Assembly (NCBI GenBank): GCA_964558935.1 | Contig: CAZLFP010000006.1 | Location: forward strand, 1-47,325 | From: an uncultured Gammaproteobacteria bacterium | GTDB lineage: Bacteria; Patescibacteriota; Patescibacteriia; 2-01-FULL-39-33 | Direction of reading: 5' to 3' | DNA length: 47,325 bases | Shown here: positions 41,685-47,325 of the stretch, piece by piece | Layout of the letters: each line of letters begins with the position of its first letter | How positions within the stretch are numbered: position 1 is the first letter of the stretch | The notes under the pieces: model-generated | What the model was told of the DNA's origin: nothing | The model's database searches: none | Seen by the model: only the letters and a program-made list of their open reading frames with translations | Translations under genes and position numbers: made by a program

Positions 41685-41713
41685 TTGACAAAAACGTTAA
41701 AATATGATATACT
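41685..41713 (+). promoter_or_regulatory. promoter of the high-GC surface-protein cassette
   Basis: TTGACA -17 nt- TATACT, followed by ATTGTTCTTT at 41720. Confidence 0.55.
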
Positions 41714-41783
41714 ATGCATATTGTTCTTTACAACTACTTTCCGCTGAGGAGCGGAATCCGCGGATGGCGGATGGAGATTGACC

Positions 41784-42044
41784 ATGAAGGATGGTATCTT
41801 GTACTCGTTGCTGGTGGTTCTGGCGGTTTCGGCGATCTATCACGTTGTGGTGGTGCCGTTGACCACGGAGCCGCAGCCACGGCAGTTCCCTGAGAACGCC
41901 ACGGTCTTTCAGGCCAACCCGGAAACGGGTGAGTGGCAGGAGATCGAGAAGGTCAAGGTTAACGTCTCGTCGCAAGACGGGCGTGACCAAAACCCGACTT
42001 CGGAAGAGACCGGATCCATTTCGGTCAACTTCCGGCTTTACTAG
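41784..42044 (+). CDS. small membrane-anchored/secreted protein
   Basis: ATG 41784 after GGAG; N-terminal hydrophobic helix; high GC. Confidence 0.55.
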   Translation: MKDGILYSLLVVLAVSAIYHVVVVPLTTEPQPRQFPENATVFQANPETGEWQEIEKVKVNVSSQDGRDQNPTSEETGSISVNFRLY

Positions 42045-42071
42045 TAGTATCCGACCCTTTCCAGTGGGAAC

Positions 42072-42905
42072 ATGGTGTTCCTGCAGACCAGGTTGATCAT
42101 GATGACGGCCGGGGTTGGTGGCTCGCCGGTGCTCCCGTATCAGTCGACGGGCAATCTGTCTATCGAAGAAGTACGGTTCGGACATCGGTCGGAAGATCGG
42201 TTCATCCGAGGCTTCTACGATGGTCAGTGGGTCGACTTCTCGTCGATACAGGAGGCTGTTGACCTTAGGTGTCAGGCCGTTGAGCTCGGCTATGGCGAGT
42301 ACGACGGCTTCGTTATCAGCCAGTACGGACAATTCCGTATTTACGGACAAGGTCCGAACAATACTCGGATCAACCGGACGCTCCAGCACGAGGCCGTGCG
42401 TGCCATGCATGGCACGCAGTTGCACTTGGCTAACCTCTGGGTTTCCGGCCAGGTTCACATGAGCTCGGCTGAAACCTTGGTGATGCAGAACTGCATCGTG
42501 ACTGCGGCTGGCGGTGCGTATGCAGTCGGCGCTTTCGGTGTCGATTACGTGTACCTTAGCCAGTGCCTAATCAAGGGTGCTGGCGTCTCCACCGAGTACG
42601 GTCAGGCCATGAACATAGGCGTCCGTGGTGCTGATGCGATTGAGATTCACAACTCGGTCGTCGAAGATGCCAACATAGCCTTTTATGATGCCAGCCAGAT
42701 GTATCTTAACGGCATTTGCTACTATAACGTAGCTTATGTCACGTACGAAGATGATATTCCCTTGTACATATCGTCTTCGAACGTGTTCGAGGCAGATCCG
42801 CTGATCGAATACGACGGTCAGCGTTGGCATATCGATCCCAACTCTCCTTGCATCGGCACGGGGAGCGCGATGGGGGCCGCCGATATCGGTCCCAACTTCG
42901 ACTAA
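42072..42905 (+). CDS. right-handed parallel beta-helix repeat protein
   Basis: Repetitive NCIV/SQCLI/HNSVV rungs; C-terminal ADPLIEYDG..WHIDPNSPCIGTG typical of beta-helix proteins. Start uncertain (no clear RBS, no signal peptide). Confidence 0.6.
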   Translation: MVFLQTRLIMMTAGVGGSPVLPYQSTGNLSIEEVRFGHRSEDRFIRGFYDGQWVDFSSIQEAVDLRCQAVELGYGEYDGFVISQYGQFRIYGQGPNNTRINRTLQHEAVRAMHGTQLHLANLWVSGQVHMSSAETLVMQNCIVTAAGGAYAVGAFGVDYVYLSQCLIKGAGVSTEYGQAMNIGVRGADAIEIHNSVVEDANIAFYDASQMYLNGICYYNVAYVTYEDDIPLYISSSNVFEADPLIEYDGQRWHIDPNSPCIGTGSAMGAADIGPNFD

Positions 42906-42912
42906 CCATTAC

Positions 42913-42959
42913 CACCCCTTCTTCTCACACCGAGTGAGGAGGAGGGGTGTTTTCTTTTT
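42913..42959 (+). terminator. 16-bp-stem terminator, copy 1 of an identical 47-bp repeat
   Basis: CACCCCTTCTTCTCAC-ACCGA-GTGAGGAGGAGGGGTG-TTTTCTTTTT. Confidence 0.8.
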
Positions 42960-42987
42960 GTCTAATTTAATTTATTATCTCTATGTA

Positions 42988-43016
42988 TTGACAAATTATT
43001 AATAATATGTTAGTCT
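42988..43016 (+). promoter_or_regulatory. promoter
   Basis: TTGACAAATTAT... -17 nt- (TGT)TAGTCT, followed by ATTGTTCGTT at 43022. Confidence 0.45.
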
Positions 43017-43129
43017 ATTCTATTGTTCGTTGATAATTTAATCAGGCCTTAACTGGATTGCTAAAGTGGCAATCCGGAAACAATAGATGACCATTCTTAA
43101 GAGCAATGGTCAGACAAAGGAGGATCGTG

Positions 43130-44539
43130 ATGAAACAGGTTGTTGCGTGTCTTGGTATCCTATTCATTGGCTTGTCCGCTTGGGCAGAGCCGAATCTGAC
43201 CGAGGTCGGAGACCAGTTTTTGCGTCAAGTGGATCATGCTGTGTTTTGTCTGAGCAAGTTGGATCTACCGCCGGGTGCACCTCCCAGGAACTACGATTTC
43301 ACGTTCCAGGTTGAGAACGGCGAGATCAATGCTCGGATGGAGGGATTGGCACCGGCAAGATACAATTTCTACAGCTCGCTGGGCAGCAATGGCTCACCCA
43401 CCGTTCTGTTTACCAGCGAGCACCAGACGATCGTGGTTGCAGCCGGTCAGACCACCCATGTTGAAGTGGTCTACAAGTTGCTTGACGACTATCCGGTGCA
43501 GATGCGGTTTCAGTATCCGGTTGGCCCGGAATTGACTTCAGGCCGTATTGTCTTGCCGGATGGATCTGAACTTATGGTTGGCGTTGTCAGCCAAGAAGAT
43601 CTGGGCAACGGTTATTACGACGTTGTTATCCAGGCGGGATTGCCCATTCATTTCCAAGGCGGTCGTCTGGAGATGACCACTGTTATGGGTACCGAGTGGG
43701 TTGGCCAGATCAGTGGCGTTGACATGGTTAACCAGATACCTTCGCGTGTGCCGGCCAGCGTCAATGTTGATACGGACGGCTCTGTCTGTATTGATACGGT
43801 CACTTTCGAACATCAGCAGACTGGCATTTCCACCAACACGGATCGTCACTACTCGTGTCTACAAGCGGCGGTGGATGATCCGGAGGTGACTGACATTCTT
43901 CTGGATGAAGGTTTTTTCACTGGCTTTGAGTTGGCCTATAATGCTGAGGATACCCGCCAGCTAACCATTACCGGAGCAGGTTATGGTAAGACCTGGGTCC
44001 ACTCAATTAGCATTATCGGTCATCCGGATCGTGAAATAGCCATCCAGGACATGACCATTTGTGGTGACATGGAAAATCCCGGTATCCGAGTCGCCAGTTA
44101 TGCACGATTGAAGGTACAGCGCTGCTTCTTCCGCGCTCTCAAGGATTGCATGGAGATTATTTTCTCCTATGTTAACCTTGAGAATTGCCATTTTGACGCT
44201 TCTGTCCAGAACAGTGCCACCATAAACAATGGCATCTTGGAGCATAACATCTATATGATTAGCTCTCAGGTGACTATTGACAAGTGCGTCTTAGTCGGAC
44301 CGGTGACGCGTGTTCTGGGTTTCTATTTGGCAGCGGATCATGGCTTGTCAGACGGCCATTTCCTACAGGTTTTGGATACCGTATTTGTCCGGTTCCAGAA
44401 CAGTTCTGCATACAACTACGAACAGTTGATGGAGGTACCGGTTTCTCTGTTGACACTGGAGAACTCAAGTGAAGTCCAAGTTCGGGGCGATCTCAAAGAG
44501 TTCCTGATGGAGTTCTATCCCGGTATCGGGGTATACTAG
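43130..44539 (+). CDS. secreted protein with C-terminal parallel beta-helix region
   Basis: ATG 43130 6 nt after AAGGAGG; signal peptide MKQVVACLGILFIGLSAWA; LQAAVDD...ITGAGYGKT...QRCFF..ENCHF..DKCVL rungs. Confidence 0.65.
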   Translation: MKQVVACLGILFIGLSAWAEPNLTEVGDQFLRQVDHAVFCLSKLDLPPGAPPRNYDFTFQVENGEINARMEGLAPARYNFYSSLGSNGSPTVLFTSEHQTIVVAAGQTTHVEVVYKLLDDYPVQMRFQYPVGPELTSGRIVLPDGSELMVGVVSQEDLGNGYYDVVIQAGLPIHFQGGRLEMTTVMGTEWVGQISGVDMVNQIPSRVPASVNVDTDGSVCIDTVTFEHQQTGISTNTDRHYSCLQAAVDDPEVTDILLDEGFFTGFELAYNAEDTRQLTITGAGYGKTWVHSISIIGHPDREIAIQDMTICGDMENPGIRVASYARLKVQRCFFRALKDCMEIIFSYVNLENCHFDASVQNSATINNGILEHNIYMISSQVTIDKCVLVGPVTRVLGFYLAADHGLSDGHFLQVLDTVFVRFQNSSAYNYEQLMEVPVSLLTLENSSEVQVRGDLKEFLMEFYPGIGVY

Positions 44540-44548
44540 AGTTTTTAG

Positions 44549-44595
44549 CACCCCTTCTTCTCACACCGAGTGAGGAGGAGGGGTGTTTTCTTTTT
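44549..44595 (+). terminator. terminator, copy 2 of the identical 47-bp repeat
   Basis: 47/47 identical to 42913-42959. Confidence 0.8.
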
Positions 44596-44612
44596 TATGC
44601 TATACTCAATAT

Positions 44613-45842
44613 ATGAAATATGATGTGTGTGTCATTGGAGGTGGTCCGGCTGGTCTAATGGCAGCCGGCCAAGCCAGCGAGTTAGGAGCTCGTGTTATTG
44701 TAATTGAAAAAAATCCTAAGGTTGGAGCTAAATTACTCATTACCGGTAAAGGCAGATGTAATCTGACACATAATTCAGATAATGTTAGGGATTTGGTTAA
44801 AGAGTTTGGAGACAATGGTAAGTTTCTTTTTTCTTGTTTTAATGCTTTTGGAGTTAAGGAGACAATTTCTTTTTTTGAAGACTTGGGTGTTAAGACTAAG
44901 GTGGAAAGAGGAGACAGAGTTTTTCCGGTCTCAGACCGATCTATGGATGTTCTAAAAGCTTTGGTTGCTGTTTTGAAGAAGAATAGAGTAGAGATTAAGG
45001 TTAATTCGGTTGTAGATAAAATAATTAAGCAGGATGATTTAATTGAAAAAGTTGTTTTAAAGAATAAATCCGAAATTGTGGCAGATAAATACATTCTTTG
45101 TACCGGCGGTAAATCATATCCGGGTACTGGTTCCACCGGAGACGGGTATACTTGGTTGAAGAAGTTGGGTCATGAGATTACTCCTTTAAGGCCAGGCTTG
45201 GTTCCTGTTATAGTTAAAGAATCTTGGATTAAGGAATTGGAAGGTTTGAGTTTGAAAAATGTGGAAATCAGTTTGTATTTAAAGGACAAGAAAGTGGATT
45301 CGAGGTTTGGTGAGGCTTTGTTTACTGACAATGGCTTGTCTGGCCCGATTGTTTTGGATTTAAGTAAGAAGATTGGTGAGTTATTGCCTAAAGATTTAAA
45401 ACTAAGAATAGATTTTAAACCGGCACTCGATGTTAAGGCTCTGGATCTGAGATTGCAAAGAGATTTTCAAAAGTTTCAGAATAAATTGTTTAGAAACAGT
45501 TTGGATGAACTGTTGCCTAAAAAATTAATTCCTGTATTTATTAAATTATCTGAAATAGATCCTAATATTAAAGTTAACAGAATTTCCAAAGAAAACAGAA
45601 AAACTCTTTTAAGGTTGTTAAAAGAGTTTACTTTGAGTGTTAAATCTTTAGATTCTTATGCTAAAGCGATTATTACTTGTGGAGGAGTGAAGTTGGCTGA
45701 AGTCGATCCCAAAACCATGCAGTCGAAATTAATTCCCAACCTATATTTAGCCGGTGAGATTTTAGACGTTGACGGTCCAACCGGTGGATATAATTTGCAA
45801 GTCTGTTGGAGCACCGGTTATGTGGCTGGCCAATCTATCTGA
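44613..45842 (+). CDS. NAD(P)/FAD-dependent oxidoreductase, BaiN/HI0933 family
   Basis: YDVCVIGGGPAGLMAA dinucleotide motif, family-typical length. ATG 44613 lies 6 nt after (TGC)TATACT. Confidence 0.8.
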   Translation: MKYDVCVIGGGPAGLMAAGQASELGARVIVIEKNPKVGAKLLITGKGRCNLTHNSDNVRDLVKEFGDNGKFLFSCFNAFGVKETISFFEDLGVKTKVERGDRVFPVSDRSMDVLKALVAVLKKNRVEIKVNSVVDKIIKQDDLIEKVVLKNKSEIVADKYILCTGGKSYPGTGSTGDGYTWLKKLGHEITPLRPGLVPVIVKESWIKELEGLSLKNVEISLYLKDKKVDSRFGEALFTDNGLSGPIVLDLSKKIGELLPKDLKLRIDFKPALDVKALDLRLQRDFQKFQNKLFRNSLDELLPKKLIPVFIKLSEIDPNIKVNRISKENRKTLLRLLKEFTLSVKSLDSYAKAIITCGGVKLAEVDPKTMQSKLIPNLYLAGEILDVDGPTGGYNLQVCWSTGYVAGQSI

Positions 45843-46416
45843 ATCTAACAGGTATTTCCAATTGGTCATCATGTTCCGCTAAGCCGGAAGGATTATCTTT
45901 CATGATTATCAACAGCCCGCCATCTGTGTCTGGTGTTTCAAATTCAATTGTACCTGAATAGTTGACAAAGCTGTCTGTCATCCATTCAGATTGAGCGGTC
46001 ACATAGCTGTTAACCAAGTCATTATTATTGTCATCCAACAGTTTGATTGGCATATCTCCTTCAAAGAACCAACTACCCACCGCTTGACCGGCAATGTTTA
46101 GTGGACTGGATATAATCTGATTGGGCCTGGGGCTGCTGATATTAATATAGGCTGTTTTTTCAAGTTCATTACCGATATCTTCAGTGTATAATTGTTGGTT
46201 ATACCGACACTGTCTGGGATATGATTCCATCACCAGACCGGTTTTTGCCGCACAGGAAAAGAAATCCGTTACTTTTTGTTCAGTTGGTTTAATGGCAACC
46301 GGTTGATCGGTCTGACAGATTGGACAGCCTTGAGGGTTGTATTTAATAGCAAAAGTGATGGCTGCTGAGATTATGATTATGCCCATGAGAGTCAGAACTA
46401 GTGTCTTTTTTTTCAT
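45835..46416 (-). CDS. membrane-anchored Gmad2-like Ig-domain protein
   Basis: N-terminal TM helix; ISSPLNIAGQAVGSWFFEGDMPIKLLDDNNN resembles the Gmad2 immunoglobulin-like domain. Confidence 0.6.
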   Translation of the reverse strand: MKKKTLVLTLMGIIIISAAITFAIKYNPQGCPICQTDQPVAIKPTEQKVTDFFSCAAKTGLVMESYPRQCRYNQQLYTEDIGNELEKTAYINISSPRPNQIISSPLNIAGQAVGSWFFEGDMPIKLLDDNNNDLVNSYVTAQSEWMTDSFVNYSGTIEFETPDTDGGLLIIMKDNPSGLAEHDDQLEIPVRFR

Positions 46417-46424
46417 ATGTTTTT

Positions 46425-47129
46425 TTAAATTAATCTTGTTTGTTGCTCTGTTTTTTGTAACTTAGTCGCGGCATAGGAAAGAGCACCGTCCAATAAAGCT
46501 CTTAAGATTACAAAACCAATGATTGCCACATATTCGAGATATGGAATAATGAGTGCAAAAGGAGTGATAAATATGCCGTAAGTGGAAAACAAGGCGATGG
46601 TAATGATATTGATGGCAAAAGACAAACCTTGGTCAATGTACGGTTGTTGTTTTTTGGAGTACTTATATTGATTAATGCCTAAATACAAAATTTTAGCTAA
46701 GAAATAGGCAAAGATAGCAATCAAGATTTGACTGTTGATTGAATGATAAATCAATTTTACTTCTTGGTTGGTAATAGTGGTGATGTGTAAATAACTGGTG
46801 GTGGCAATGGTTAGAGTTAAGACACTGAAGAAACCGATAATCACCAAGCCGATGATGGTTTTTTCCAGGATGATTTCATTTTTATGATCTTTGCTGTGGT
46901 AATACTGTCTGACATCTTTTTCTGACATGAGAGATAAACTTACCAGATAAATGATGAAATCAATTATTAGTTCGGCAATGAAAATCAGAAAAACAGCCAA
47001 AAAAGAGAGATTGCCAATTAAATAAAAAACAATGATCAAAAGATGGGGGATGGCAGCCGCATAAAAAATGGGAGCAGTCAGAAAGTCTTTGGGAGGTATG
47101 ATTTGTTTGTTGTGGTTTTTTCTGTCCAT
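46425..47129 (-). CDS. hypothetical integral membrane protein (about 6 TM)
   Basis: long ORF, repeated hydrophobic helices. Confidence 0.6.
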   Translation of the reverse strand: MDRKNHNKQIIPPKDFLTAPIFYAAAIPHLLIIVFYLIGNLSFLAVFLIFIAELIIDFIIYLVSLSLMSEKDVRQYYHSKDHKNEIILEKTIIGLVIIGFFSVLTLTIATTSYLHITTITNQEVKLIYHSINSQILIAIFAYFLAKILYLGINQYKYSKKQQPYIDQGLSFAINIITIALFSTYGIFITPFALIIPYLEYVAIIGFVILRALLDGALSYAATKLQKTEQQTRLI

Positions 47130-47210
47130 ACTTTCATTTTAGCAGATAATCTACTGAGAATAAATGGGATGTGGTATAATAATATGAGATAAATCATAAA
47201 ATCTAACTTT

Positions 47211-47325
47211 ATGAGAAAAGTTTGTTTTTGGGGAGTGGTCACTTTAGCATTGGTTTTCGGCGTAGTTGTTAATTCAACTCAAGCCGCTTACACACCTGCT
47301 CAGGGTGACATTATTAAAACCGCCA
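47211..47325 (+). CDS. secreted protein, N-terminal fragment (runs off window)
   Basis: MRKVCFWGVVTLALVFGVVVNSTQA signal-peptide-like start. Confidence 0.45.
   Translation, partial: MRKVCFWGVVTLALVFGVVVNSTQAAYTPAQGDIIKTA

Noticed and set aside
41714-41783. ATG immediately after the TATACT box (ATGCATATTGTT...) as another leader peptide
   Set aside because: It starts 0 nt after the -10 box, so it would lie upstream of the transcription start. Its frame runs on into the next gene with no terminator switch.
41712-42458. 248-aa minus-strand ORF overlapping the two plus-strand genes
   Set aside because: It is Arg-rich, which is typical of antisense shadow ORFs in high-GC DNA. It has no RBS. The plus-strand genes have a promoter, an SD, a hydrophobic N-terminus and beta-helix motifs.
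1-47325. CRISPR arrays, transposases, integrases, reverse transcriptases or prophage genes that might explain the high-GC blocks
   Set aside because: None were found on either strand. The only exact repeat over 40 bp is the 47-bp terminator pair.

Overview
This window looks like a low-GC, reduced-genome bacterial chromosome segment, probably Patescibacteria/CPR-like; that assignment is inference from gene content. It opens with the 3' end of a 16S rRNA that is not followed by ITS tRNAs or a 23S gene. Housekeeping genes present: rlmN, infB, rbfA, nrnA, clpP, rny, ymdB, hup, pilT, rnc, nusB, rpmF, an rluD-like gene, cca, a CDF transporter, valS and tyrS. There are 11 tRNAs. No CRISPR array, transposase, integrase or reverse transcriptase was seen.

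About ten short blocks of clearly higher GC interrupt this backbone. Hand counts give 31-40 G+C per 60 nt in the blocks and 12-21 per 60 nt in backbone genes. Nearly all high-GC genes carry a strong GGAGG-type Shine-Dalgarno (SD) site. Backbone genes mostly have no SD, and several appear leaderless, with a -10 box 6-11 nt before the ATG.

The main result comes from ORFs too short for the supplied track. There are three leader-peptide transcription attenuators:
- An Ile-run peptide, MLQANQIIINIIIPDLR, upstream of a short GCS2/amidoligase-like (glutamine-synthetase-fold) ligase, called ligase A here.
- An aromatic-rich peptide, MKKIHTNNWFSFYFTDCIAS, upstream of pheA-tyrA-aminotransferase.
- A homologous aromatic peptide, MKYIITNWFFWTDHPVG, upstream of a paralogous ligase, called ligase B here.

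Two paralogous ligases of unknown function, each wired to a different amino-acid-sensing attenuator, are my best candidate for an undescribed system.

Other notable items:
- A high-GC operon encoding a P-loop ATPase, a 46-aa protein, a 267-aa unknown and a CYTH protein.
- A divergent pyrD-like/pyrC pair with no other pyrimidine genes in view.
- Surface-protein cassettes (dockerin, beta-helix) that share a promoter-proximal motif and an identical 47-bp terminator.
- A tRNA-Ile with a UAU anticodon.
- A catalytically degenerate DHH paralog.
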